A stretch of 64,000 nucleotides of DNA from an uncultured Candidatus Rokubacteria bacterium (lineage in GTDB: Bacteria; Methylomirabilota; Methylomirabilia; Rokubacteriales; CSP1-6). Both the position numbers and the translations under genes were made by a program. Of this stretch, positions 38,883 to 48,066 are shown piece after piece. How positions within the stretch are numbered: the stretch's first letter is position 1; each line of letters starts with the position of its first letter. The DNA lies in NCBI GenBank assembly GCA_963771355.1, contig CAVYTA010000007.1, positions 448,001 to 512,000 on the forward strand, in the 5' to 3' direction. The notes beneath the pieces are model-generated. The model did no database searches and had not been told where the DNA came from. It saw only the letters and a list, made by a program, of their open reading frames with translations.

Positions 38883-39202
38883 AGCGCCGCCTCGGGCCGG
38901 GACCGTCCCCGGCTGGCGCCCTTGAGGGGTCGCGTCCTTACGTTGGGGATCAAGCGGAGCTGGTGTACCAGAGGATGTGGCATCGCCCCTCCTTTGTCAC
39001 GGCTCTAGCCTAGATTCCTGTCAGCAATGCCGGGTGAGTTATAATTGGTCGCTCGAAATTGAAAAAATCGAAGAAAGTGAAACAAATCGAACGCCAAGCC
39101 CCTATTACTACCGCCGCAGCGGCCGCCCACTGTCACGTATCGATTCCCACCTTTAAGCGCTGGATCGAGCGGGGCGCCGCGGGCCAGGCGAGCTGACATG
39201 CC

Positions 39203-41620
39203 ATGGATACTATTCGCGTGCTCTACGCCGAGGACGATCCCACTGACCGCGAGCTGACCACCCGTCATCTCGCGCGCCACGCCCCTCATCTCAAGCTGGA
39301 GCTGGTCACCACGGTCGCGGCGGCCCTCGACGTCCTGGAGGGCGGCGGGGTCGACCTCGTGCTGTCGGACTTCCGCTTGCCCGATGGGACCGGGCTCGAC
39401 GTGCTGGAAGCGGTGACGACGCGAAGCCTGTCCCTGCCGGTGGTGCTGGTGACGGGATCCGGTGACGTGGAGTCGGCGGTCCGCCTGCTCAAGGCGGGCG
39501 CCGCCAACTACGTGGTGAAGCGGCCGGGCTATCTCCAGACGCTGCCCACCGTGATCACCGACGCGTGCCGGTGGTACGCCTCCTCGCGCGAGCTGCGGCG
39601 GGCAACCGTCCGCGTCCTCTACGTCGAGCATGAGCCGGCGGACATCGAGCTGACGCGCCGGGCCTTCCAGGAGCACGGCCGTCACCTCGAGCTCGAGGTC
39701 GTGGCCCGCGGCCGCACCGCCATCGAGCGGCTCCGCACCATGCCCTGCGACCTCCTCCTCCTCGACTACCGCCTGCCGGACATGACCGCCATCGAGATGC
39801 TCAAGATGATCCGAGAGGAAGGCCTGCGGGTGCCGGTGGTGATCGTGACCGGCCAGGGAGACGAGGAGACGGCGGTGCAGGCCTTCAAGCTCGGGGCGGC
39901 GGACTACGTGGTCAAGCGTCCCGGCTATCTCGCCAGGCTCCTCTCCACCCTCGAGATGGTCCTCGGCCAGCAGCGGCTGGCCGATGAGAAGGACGCGCTG
40001 CTCGTCCTCAACAGCCTCACGCGCTCCATCGCCACCGTGCGCGAGCTCGGAGACCTCACCGCGCGGGTCACCCGGGCGGCGGTGGAGCTGCTGCACGCGG
40101 AGAGTGGCGTGCTGTGGCTCCTGCAGGAGGGCGAGCTGCGCCCCCGCGCGTGGGTGGGGCTCGACGACGCGGCCGCGCGCGCCCTCGTCCGCCCGCTGGA
40201 TGCGGTGGCCACCGCGCGCCTGGTCTCGGACCGTCGGGTGGACGTCGGCGCCCTCCTCGGCGCGGCGACGCTCGCGCCGCCGGCCTCGCCCGATCTGGTC
40301 GAAGCCGAGCAGACGGCGGCTGTCTCGCTGGAAAGCTCCGGCACGCTGGTGGGGGTGCTCGCGATCTCCAGCCGCCGGCCCCGGCAGTTCAAGCCGCTCG
40401 AGGAACGGCTGCTCACTGCGCTCGCCGACCACTCCGCGGTGGCCATCGAGAACACCCGCCTCTACGAGGAGCTGAAGAATCGGCACGAGGAGCTGCGCCG
40501 CACCCAGGACCAGCTCCTCCAGACGGAGAAGATCGCCGCGATGGGGCAGCTCCTGGCCGGGGTCGCCCACGAGCTGAACAATCCGCTGTCCGTGGTCATC
40601 GGGCAGGCCCGGCTCCTGGAGATGAAGACGAAAGACGCCGGAGACGTCGAGCGCTCGCAGAAGATCGCCGCGGCGGCGGACCGCTGCGGCCGCATCGTGA
40701 AGAATTTCCTGGCGCTGGCCCGCCAGCATTCGCCCGAGCGCCAGGCGGCGGATCTGAACCAGGTGGTCCGCGACGCGCTGGAGCTGGTGGACTATCAGCT
40801 CCGCGTGTCCGGCGTGGAGGTCACCGTCGACCTCTCGGCGCCGTCCCCCGCCCTGTGGGCCGATCCGCATCAGCTCCATCAGGTGGTCCTCAATCTGGTG
40901 ACCAATGCCCACCACGCGATGCGGGAAATGGCGTCGCCGCGCCAGCTCCGCGTGGCCACCCGCTTCGACGCCACCCACGCCAACATCGAGGTGACCGATG
41001 CCGGCCCCGGCATCCCGGCCCACGTGCTGCCCCGCATCTTCGAGCCCTTCTTCACCACCAAGCCCGCCGGCCAGGGCACCGGGCTCGGGTTGCCCCTGTG
41101 CCAGGCGATGGTCGAGGCCCACGGCGGCACCATCCGGGTGGCGAGCGAGGTGGGTCGGGGCACCACCTTCGTGGTGTCGCTGCCCATCCAGACGCTGTCC
41201 GCCCTCACCATGGAGTCCACCCCGCGCGTGAAACCGGCCGAGGTGCGCCCCGGCCGTATCCTGGTGGTAGATGACGAGCCGGTGGTGCTCGAGGTGCTGG
41301 CCGGGCTGCTCGGGCTGCAGGGACACGAGGTCGAGACGGTGGGCAGCGGGACCGCCGCGCTGGAGAAGATCGCGGCGATATCCTACGATCTCATCTTCAG
41401 CGATGTCCGCATGCCGGGTCTCGACGGGCCCGGCCTCTATCGGGAGATCTCGGAGCGACATCCCGCGCTGCTCGCCCGGCTGGTGTACATCACCGGCGAC
41501 ACGCTGAGCCCGGACGTGGAGGCCTTTCTCTCGCGCACCGCCGTCACCTGCCTCGCCAAGCCGTTCGTCTTCGACGATCTGGAACGGGTGGTCGGCCGCT
41601 TTCTGTCCACCGGCACCTGA
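39203..41620 (+). CDS. Cytoplasmic hybrid histidine kinase (REC-REC-GAF-HisKA-HATPase-REC)
   Basis: Two N-terminal REC domains, GAF ending AVAIENTRLY, AGVAHELNNPL, FEPFFTTK..GTGLGL, C-terminal VVDDE..KPF. Confidence 0.92.
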   Translation: MDTIRVLYAEDDPTDRELTTRHLARHAPHLKLELVTTVAAALDVLEGGGVDLVLSDFRLPDGTGLDVLEAVTTRSLSLPVVLVTGSGDVESAVRLLKAGAANYVVKRPGYLQTLPTVITDACRWYASSRELRRATVRVLYVEHEPADIELTRRAFQEHGRHLELEVVARGRTAIERLRTMPCDLLLLDYRLPDMTAIEMLKMIREEGLRVPVVIVTGQGDEETAVQAFKLGAADYVVKRPGYLARLLSTLEMVLGQQRLADEKDALLVLNSLTRSIATVRELGDLTARVTRAAVELLHAESGVLWLLQEGELRPRAWVGLDDAAARALVRPLDAVATARLVSDRRVDVGALLGAATLAPPASPDLVEAEQTAAVSLESSGTLVGVLAISSRRPRQFKPLEERLLTALADHSAVAIENTRLYEELKNRHEELRRTQDQLLQTEKIAAMGQLLAGVAHELNNPLSVVIGQARLLEMKTKDAGDVERSQKIAAAADRCGRIVKNFLALARQHSPERQAADLNQVVRDALELVDYQLRVSGVEVTVDLSAPSPALWADPHQLHQVVLNLVTNAHHAMREMASPRQLRVATRFDATHANIEVTDAGPGIPAHVLPRIFEPFFTTKPAGQGTGLGLPLCQAMVEAHGGTIRVASEVGRGTTFVVSLPIQTLSALTMESTPRVKPAEVRPGRILVVDDEPVVLEVLAGLLGLQGHEVETVGSGTAALEKIAAISYDLIFSDVRMPGLDGPGLYREISERHPALLARLVYITGDTLSPDVEAFLSRTAVTCLAKPFVFDDLERVVGRFLSTGT

Positions 41621-41662
41621 CCCCGCCGCCGGCCCGCCTCGGGATCGAGTAGGATGGGGGCC

Positions 41663-42298
41663 GTGTCCGCGACCGACAATGGGCTGGGGTTCACCCCGCG
41701 CGAGCTGCGCGGGCTGCGCGCGCTCCGCACGCCCGCCGGGATCCAGCGCGCGATGGACGCCATGCCGTATCACCTCGCCGCCACCGCGTGGTCGCCGCGG
41801 CGGGTGCTGCGCGAGGGGACGGCCCACTGTCTCGAGGGCGCGATCTTCGCGGCGGTCGCTCTGCGCGTGCTGGGATTTCCCCCGCTGCTCCTGGACCTGG
41901 AGGCGGTGCAGGACTCCGACCACGTGCTCGCCGTCTACCAGGTGCGCGGGCACTGGGGCGCCATCGCGAAGTCGAATTTCTCCGGCCTGCGCTTCCGTGA
42001 ACCGGTGTACCGCTCGCCCCGCGAGCTGGCGTTGAGCTACTTCGACGACTACATGAACCTGCGGGGCGAGCGCACGCTCCGCGCGTATTCCCAGCCGGTG
42101 AACCTGGCCCGCTTCGACCGTGTCCGCCCGGGCTGGATGACGGGCGACGACGAGTGCTGGTGGATCGCCGAGTTCCTGGTCGGGGTGCCCCACACGCCGC
42201 TGCTCACGCCGGCGATGATCCGAGGCCTCAGCAACATGGGACCGCGCTCGCTACGCGCGGCGCTCGTCGGCCACCGCGGGTCCGGAAGAGCCCGCTGA
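41663..42298 (+). CDS. Conserved hypothetical protein, possible transglutaminase/papain-like fold
   Basis: AHCLEGA, DSDHVLA, WGAIAKSNFSGLRFREPVYR. Start GTG 41663 (leaderless) or ATG 41654. Confidence 0.75.
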   Translation: MSATDNGLGFTPRELRGLRALRTPAGIQRAMDAMPYHLAATAWSPRRVLREGTAHCLEGAIFAAVALRVLGFPPLLLDLEAVQDSDHVLAVYQVRGHWGAIAKSNFSGLRFREPVYRSPRELALSYFDDYMNLRGERTLRAYSQPVNLARFDRVRPGWMTGDDECWWIAEFLVGVPHTPLLTPAMIRGLSNMGPRSLRAALVGHRGSGRAR

Positions 42299-42311
42299 CA
42301 GGAGGACCACC

Positions 42312-42749
42312 ATGTCCAGCGCCACCCCCGTCGACGCCCATCAGCCGCCCCAGGCCGTGCACGCGGACGCGCGCCCGTGGGAGACGCTGCGCTGGCCCGG
42401 CCAGTGGAGCAAGATGCTCTTCCACCCGCGGCCGGAGCGGCCCACCGAGCCCAACGCGGGGCTGGTGCGCTACGAGCCCGGGTCGCATCATCCCTTCCAC
42501 AAGCACGATTTTGCGCAGGTCTGGTACATCCTCGAGGGCGAGTTCCGGATCGGCGAGGCGACCTACGGGCCCGGCACCATGCTCTTCTATCCGGACCCGC
42601 ACTTCGAGCCGCCGCTGTCGACGAGCACGGGCGGCCTCATGCTCTTCGTCCAGTACCAGGGCCCGGACACCGGGGGGCGCCCGATCTACGACGGGCGCTT
42701 CAACATGACCGCGCGCAAGCCGGTGGAGCAGGAGAACGTCGAGCGGTGA
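42312..42749 (+). CDS. Cupin domain protein
   Basis: HPFHKHDFAQVWYILEG..YPDPHFE; AGGAGG RBS. Confidence 0.85.
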   Translation: MSSATPVDAHQPPQAVHADARPWETLRWPGQWSKMLFHPRPERPTEPNAGLVRYEPGSHHPFHKHDFAQVWYILEGEFRIGEATYGPGTMLFYPDPHFEPPLSTSTGGLMLFVQYQGPDTGGRPIYDGRFNMTARKPVEQENVER

Positions 42750-42752
42750 GCC

Positions 42753-43169
42753 TCAGAGCTTCATCGGCGGCCGGCCGAAGCGGGTGCGCACTCGGTTGAT
42801 GGCGCGCAGCACGACCGGCCGCGCGGCGAGCCGTCGCTCGAGCTTCCGCTTGCCGGGGTAGTCGAGCAGGATCAGGCCGATGACGATGGTGAGCAGCCCC
42901 TGGCCGGGTATGCCGGGAACGGACAGGAGGAGGCCCAGGGCGATGAGCGCGAGTCCGAGGATGTTCTTGGCGATTCGCCACACCCAGCGCAGGAGCGGGG
43001 ACCGCGGCCACTCGACGGGGGCGGCACCCTGCCGGAAGTAGTCGGCGGGCAGCGTCACCAGCACCGCGGTGACCGCGGCCAGGCTCAGCAGGGACGACGC
43101 GGCGAACAGGCCCACCCCCCACAGCACGCGCTCGGTGAGCGTGGTGTTCTCGAACAGGCGGGCCAGCAT
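42753..43169 (-). CDS. PGPGW-type transmembrane protein
   Basis: KNILG..PGIPGQGLLTIVIGLILLDYPGKRKLERRL. Confidence 0.8.
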   Translation of the reverse strand: MLARLFENTTLTERVLWGVGLFAASSLLSLAAVTAVLVTLPADYFRQGAAPVEWPRSPLLRWVWRIAKNILGLALIALGLLLSVPGIPGQGLLTIVIGLILLDYPGKRKLERRLAARPVVLRAINRVRTRFGRPPMKL

Positions 43170-43185
43170 CGATGGCGCGTCCGCT

Positions 43186-45219
43186 TCAGCCGCGGTGCGC
43201 CGCCACCTCCACCCGCGCATCGTTGTAGCAGGCGCCCTCGGCCAGGTCCGCGTGGTGCGCGGGCGCGAGCGCGGAGACGGTTTGCCCGTTGTCGCTGGTA
43301 CGGAACCACGCGCCCTTGAGCGAGCAGACCACCCCGGGGCGCACCGCGTCGGTGATGTGAAGCGGCAGGCGTACCTCGCCGAGGTCGTTCCACATGCGGA
43401 CGGTGTCGCCCTCCCGCAGGTCCCGCGCCCGCGCGTCCTCCGGATGCATCTCGAGCGGGGGCGTGGCGTCACTGGCCGGAAGGCCGCCGAAGGTCGAGGT
43501 GATCCGCTCGTCCGACGCGGGCGTGATGAGGGCGAGCGGGTAGGGGCTCGCGATCGGGCGATAGCTGGGTAGCCGCGCGCCGTACTTCCGCTCGAGGTAC
43601 TCGGAGGCAAGCTCCACCTTGCCGGACGGCGTCCGGGGGGCGACGCTCCGGAACAGCGCGGCCGGCTCGCCGCCCACCGTCATCGCGAGCGGCGTCTCCA
43701 GAGGAACCCGGCTCCCCGTGAATCCCCGCATGCGCGGATCCGCCGCATCCATCGCGTCATCCATCAGCTCGGCGTCGCCGGCACGGAAGGCGGGCTCCGT
43801 GAAGCCGAAGCGCGCGCAGAGTCGGCGGAAGATCTCGGTATTGGGCAGCGACTGCCCTTGCCACGGAATCACCGGCTCGGCGCGCTGCAGCCAGTGGGTG
43901 CCGTAGGCGGCATAGAGATCCGGATACTCGAAGTGGCTCCCCGCGGGCAGCACGATGTCGGCATAGGCGAGGCTGTCTGTCATCACCACGTCGCATCCCA
44001 CCGTGAAGAGGTCCTCGCGCGCGAGGCCCCGCTTGAGGCGGTTCTGATCGGGGTGCACGATCACCGGGTTGTGATTGTAGATGAAGAGGGCCTTGATGGG
44101 GGGCGCCAGCGCGGGATCGAGAAGGTGCCGGCCCACGTCGATGATGTTGAGCGTGCGCGTTCCCGCCGGTACGAGGTCGGGACGCACGAGGCGCGCGGGC
44201 GTCTTGGGGAACGCGTGGCCGGCGCCGTTCACCAGCCCGCCCCCCACCACGCCCCACTTGCCCGCGAGCGCGGGCAGCGCGAACACCGCGCGGATGCCGC
44301 TGCCGCCATTCTGGTTGCGCTCCAGCCCGTTGCCGACGCTGATGGCCGCGGGAGACAGCGTGTGATACCACGCGGCGAGCTGACGGATCTCGCCCTCGGG
44401 CACCCCGCAGATCCGGGCCGCCTCCGGGACGGGATACCGGCGCGCCTGCGCCATGAAGGCCTCGAAGCCCTCCACGTGACGCGCGATGAACTCGCGGTCG
44501 AGCCCGCCCTGCCGCTCGAGCTCGGCGGCGATGGCCCAGGCAAGCACCACGTCGGTCCCCGGCCGCAGCGCGATGTGCAGGTCGGCCTGCTCCGCGATCT
44601 TCACGCGCTTGGGGTCGATCACCACCACTCGCGCGCCGTCACGGCGGGCTGCGTTGATCAAGGGCGTGAGGTGGAGGTTGCACCAGGTGACGTTGTTGCC
44701 CCACACCACGATGAGCTTCGCCTCGCGCACTTCTTCCGGGGGGATACCCGGCGCCGCGCCGTAGGTGCCCATCCACGCCTCCCCGCGTATGCCTCCGCAC
44801 AGGGGCCGGCGGTCGAGCAGGGTCGCGCCCAGACGATGGAAGAACCGAAGGTCCATCGAGGCGCCCGCGAGCATGCCGTGGGGCCCGGCGTAGTTCAGCG
44901 GGACAATGGCCTGCGGCCCGTGCTCGGCGATGATCGTGCTGAAGCGGGCGTGGATGGCGTCGAGCGCGGCGTCCCACGAGATGGGCTCGAAGCGGCCCTC
45001 GCCCTTGGCGCCCACGCGGCGGAGCGGGGTGTGGAGGCGCCCCGGCCCATGAACCCAATCCGGGTAGGCCGCCGGGACCTTGGCACAGAGCACCCCGCCG
45101 GTATACGGGTTGACCTTCGAGCCGCGCACCTTGACGATGCGCTCCTGCTCCACCGTCACGGTCAGGCTGCAGGTGTCGGGACAGTCGAGGGGACAGACGC
45201 TGGCACGCTCCGCGATCAT
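43186..45219 (-). CDS. Molybdopterin oxidoreductase family protein (N-terminal 4Fe-4S)
   Basis: CPLDCPDTC..LCAK, FEPISWDAALD, ADIVLPA, MHPEDA; AGGAGG RBS. Confidence 0.92.
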   Translation of the reverse strand: MIAERASVCPLDCPDTCSLTVTVEQERIVKVRGSKVNPYTGGVLCAKVPAAYPDWVHGPGRLHTPLRRVGAKGEGRFEPISWDAALDAIHARFSTIIAEHGPQAIVPLNYAGPHGMLAGASMDLRFFHRLGATLLDRRPLCGGIRGEAWMGTYGAAPGIPPEEVREAKLIVVWGNNVTWCNLHLTPLINAARRDGARVVVIDPKRVKIAEQADLHIALRPGTDVVLAWAIAAELERQGGLDREFIARHVEGFEAFMAQARRYPVPEAARICGVPEGEIRQLAAWYHTLSPAAISVGNGLERNQNGGSGIRAVFALPALAGKWGVVGGGLVNGAGHAFPKTPARLVRPDLVPAGTRTLNIIDVGRHLLDPALAPPIKALFIYNHNPVIVHPDQNRLKRGLAREDLFTVGCDVVMTDSLAYADIVLPAGSHFEYPDLYAAYGTHWLQRAEPVIPWQGQSLPNTEIFRRLCARFGFTEPAFRAGDAELMDDAMDAADPRMRGFTGSRVPLETPLAMTVGGEPAALFRSVAPRTPSGKVELASEYLERKYGARLPSYRPIASPYPLALITPASDERITSTFGGLPASDATPPLEMHPEDARARDLREGDTVRMWNDLGEVRLPLHITDAVRPGVVCSLKGAWFRTSDNGQTVSALAPAHHADLAEGACYNDARVEVAAHRG

Positions 45220-45428
45220 GGATGCCTCCTGTCGCCGCGCGCGGGCGCGCGCGGCGCCTCCAGCTATCGCACAGTCGCGGCGCGATCTCAACCGTCGTCG
45301 CTCCGGTGTCGCGCCGCGCCGCGGAAATGGCTGAGCGCGAACTCGACGCGATGGCCCTCTCACATTGGCCGGACGCCCGGCGAGACTTGACGCGGAGGCG
45401 GGGGTCGACCGATGATGCGGGCAGAGCC

Positions 45429-46118
45429 ATGGACGGGGTTCACGATCTCGGCGGGATGCACGGTTTCGGGCCGGTGGCGCGGGAGCAGAACGAGCCCGCC
45501 TTTCACGCCGCCTGGGAGGCGGCCGTGTACGCCATCATGCGCGCGAGCATGAGCAACGGTCTCTACAACCTGGACGAGTTCCGCCACGGCGTCGAACGGA
45601 TGGACCCCGCCCACTATCTCCGGTCCGGCTACTACGAGCACTGGCTGGACGGGATCACCCGCGTGCTGGTGGAGAAGGGCGTGGTCTCGGCGGCGGAGCT
45701 GGAGCGCCGCACGGAGTTCTTCACCGCCCGGCCCGATGCTCCCGCTACCACCGCGGTCCGCGCCATGCCCCCGAGCGCGCCCCCCCGTTTCGAGTGGATG
45801 GCGGAGCCCTCGGAGCGCCCGGCCACGGCCCCGCCGCGCTTCGCGCCCGGCGACGCGGTGGTCACGCGGAATCTCCACCCGCGCGGGCATACGCGCCTTC
45901 CGCGCTACGCGCGGGGCCGGAAGGGCGTCATTCACACCGTGCACGGCGCCCACGTCTTTCCCGACACCAACGCGCACGGCGGGGGCGAGCAGCCCCAGAC
46001 GCTCTACAGTGTCTGCTTCGACGCGCGCGAGATGTTCGGCGAGACGGCGGAGACGAATCAGAAGATCTACATCGATCTGTGGGAGCCGTATCTCGAGCCC
46101 GGAGCGCCCCGTGGGTAA
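45429..46118 (+). CDS. nthB: Nitrile hydratase beta subunit
   Basis: MDGVHDLGGMHGFG, FRHGVERMDPAHYL..YYEHW, GHTRLPRYARG, FPDTNAHG, DLWEPYL. Confidence 0.96.
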   Translation: MDGVHDLGGMHGFGPVAREQNEPAFHAAWEAAVYAIMRASMSNGLYNLDEFRHGVERMDPAHYLRSGYYEHWLDGITRVLVEKGVVSAAELERRTEFFTARPDAPATTAVRAMPPSAPPRFEWMAEPSERPATAPPRFAPGDAVVTRNLHPRGHTRLPRYARGRKGVIHTVHGAHVFPDTNAHGGGEQPQTLYSVCFDAREMFGETAETNQKIYIDLWEPYLEPGAPRG

Positions 46119-46707
46119 GAATCATCCAAACGTGGACAAGTACGTCGAGTCGAGGGTGCGGGCGCTGGAGTCGCTCCTCCTCGAGAAGGGCATCCTGCCC
46201 GCCGACGCGGTGGATCGCGTGATCCAGCGCTTCGAGGCGGATACCGGCCCCCTCATCGGCGCCCGCGCGGTGGCGCGGGCCTGGCGGGACCCCGACTACA
46301 AGCGGCGGCTCCTGGAGGAGCCGCGACGGGCCCTCGCCGACTTCGGGCTCGACTTCGACATGCTCCGCGTGGTCGAGAACACGCCGGCGGTGCACAACCT
46401 GGTGGTGTGCACGCTCTGCTCCTGCTACCCGTGGGCGGTGCTCGGGCTGCCGCCCACCTGGTACAAGATGCCCGCCTATCGCTCGCGCGCGGTGGTCGAG
46501 CCTCGCAAGGTGCTCGGCGAGTTCGGGGTCGAGGTTCCGGAATCCCGCGAGATCCGCGTCTGGGACTCGAGCGCCGAGCTGCGCTACATGGTGCTGCCCG
46601 AGCCCCCCGTGGGCTCGGCGCACCTGGACGAGGCCGGGCTCGTGCCGCTGATCTCGCGCGACGCCCTCATCGGCGTCGCGGAAGTCCGACTCCCGCCGCT
46701 CGGCTGA
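46111..46707 (+). CDS. nthA: Nitrile hydratase alpha subunit, cobalt type
   Basis: VVCTLCSCYPW (Co-type signature), LGLPPTWYK..YRSR, VWDSSAELRYMVLP; GTG start overlapping nthB. Confidence 0.96.
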   Translation: MGKNHPNVDKYVESRVRALESLLLEKGILPADAVDRVIQRFEADTGPLIGARAVARAWRDPDYKRRLLEEPRRALADFGLDFDMLRVVENTPAVHNLVVCTLCSCYPWAVLGLPPTWYKMPAYRSRAVVEPRKVLGEFGVEVPESREIRVWDSSAELRYMVLPEPPVGSAHLDEAGLVPLISRDALIGVAEVRLPPLG

Positions 46708-46710
46708 GCG

Positions 46711-47577
46711 ATGTACGAGCGGCGCCGCAACCTCGTCGTCCGACCCGACGGCCGCCTCGTCAACGTCGCGCGTTCGCGCGGGCAGCTCTTCGTGTGCGCG
46801 AGCGGCTGCTGCTGTGGCCGGGTGGAGGACGGGTTCGCGCCCGTCCCCACCGAGCTCTTCCATCGCGAGTGGGAGCGACGGCGGCTCCGCAACGTCGTGC
46901 ATCTCACCATCGGCGGCTGCCTCGGACCCTGCGCGCTCGCCAACGTGGTCCTGCTCCTCTTCGACGGCCAGGCCCAGTGGTACCACTCGATCAATCGCGA
47001 CGGGCTCGTCCTTGCGCTCTACGACCACGTGGACCGCATGCTCGAGGCCGACGGCGTTCGGCCGCCACCCCCCGCGCTGGCGCCCTACCACTTCACCGCC
47101 TCGTCCTGGCAGGCGCGCCCGGACGGCCAGCCGGTGGATGACTTCCGGCCGCGCGCCGTCGGGGGCGTGGCGACCGGCATGCCGGTGGACGCCGCGCATG
47201 GCTGTTCCCCCGTGGCCGACGAGGTCGACGAGCGAAGCGGCGCCGCCGTGGTGGAGCGGCTCGTGGCCGACATGACCGGGCCCGCGGCGATGCCGCGGAA
47301 GAACGGCGAGTTGGTCTTCGCGGAGCCGTGGCAGGGACGGGCCTTCGGCATGGCGGTGGCGCTGTCCGAGCAGGGCGCCTTCGCGTGGGAAGAGTTCCGC
47401 CAGGAGCTCATCGCCCAGGTCGCCGCGGCCGAGCGGCGCGGCGGGTCCTTCGAGTACTACGAGGTCTGGCTGGCCACCTTCGAGCGCCTGCTCGCCGCCA
47501 AGGGACTCGTGAGCGGCGCCGAGGTGGAGGAGTGCGCCTTCCAGTTCGAGTTCGGCGAGCGCGACGAAGTGTTCTGA
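46711..47577 (+). CDS. Fusion: Cys-rich thioredoxin-like (2Fe-2S ferredoxin-type) domain + nitrile hydratase accessory domain
   Basis: N-terminal VCASGCCCG..GGCLGPC..ANV; C-terminal PRKNGELVFAEPWQGRAFGMAVAL..WEEFR..YYEVWL. Confidence 0.85.
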   Translation: MYERRRNLVVRPDGRLVNVARSRGQLFVCASGCCCGRVEDGFAPVPTELFHREWERRRLRNVVHLTIGGCLGPCALANVVLLLFDGQAQWYHSINRDGLVLALYDHVDRMLEADGVRPPPPALAPYHFTASSWQARPDGQPVDDFRPRAVGGVATGMPVDAAHGCSPVADEVDERSGAAVVERLVADMTGPAAMPRKNGELVFAEPWQGRAFGMAVALSEQGAFAWEEFRQELIAQVAAAERRGGSFEYYEVWLATFERLLAAKGLVSGAEVEECAFQFEFGERDEVF

Positions 47578-47717
47578 CGACGCGTCCCGCCTCTCGCGGA
47601 CGCGGGCAACAATCCTCGCAGGTCCCCTCGCTACCCCGTTGGGCCCCCGTTTGTCTCGGCCCCGTTTTCCTTTCTGAGAAGGGGCCGGAATCGCGCGCGT
47701 TTTTGACGGGATGTCCG

Positions 47718-47734
47718 TTGGCACCGCGGTTGCT
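47718..47734 (+). promoter_or_regulatory. Sigma54 promoter
   Basis: TTGGCACCGCGGTTGCT, an exact TGGCAC-N5-TTGCW match. Confidence 0.85.
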
Positions 47735-47782
47735 CTCTACCCGGTCATGCGGCACCCAAACGCGGCACCGACGGAGGGGAAC

Positions 47783-47881
47783 ATGGCCAAGCCCAACTAC
47801 TCCAAGCTCTGCTGGACCGTGATGGCGCTGGGCGCGGTGATCTTCTTGACGCAGTCGGCGCTCCTCGCCTTCGCTCGCTAG
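47783..47881 (+). CDS. 32-aa single-TM small protein (not in the ORF track)
   Basis: MAKPNYSKLCWTVMALGAVIFLTQSALLAFAR*; GGAGGGG RBS, GC3-rich codons, sigma54 promoter 48 nt upstream. Confidence 0.72.
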   Translation: MAKPNYSKLCWTVMALGAVIFLTQSALLAFAR

Positions 47882-48066
47882 AGACATTCAAGCGGCGCCG
47901 CTGACGGCCCCGCTCGCTCGATACCAGGCGTCGTCCTCCGTCACCGGAGCGGCGACGCCTGGACGGATTTTGGTGGGCTTCGCGCACGGGGAAGGTTGGC
48001 AACCGTCCGATTTCACTAACCGGTCTCATTGGCTCACGATTTGCTCACTCTCGGGGTGGACCGATC

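Noticed and set aside
47996..48015. TTGGCAAC.. as another sigma54 promoter before the kinase
   Set aside because: No GC at the -12 position (GG-N10-AT).
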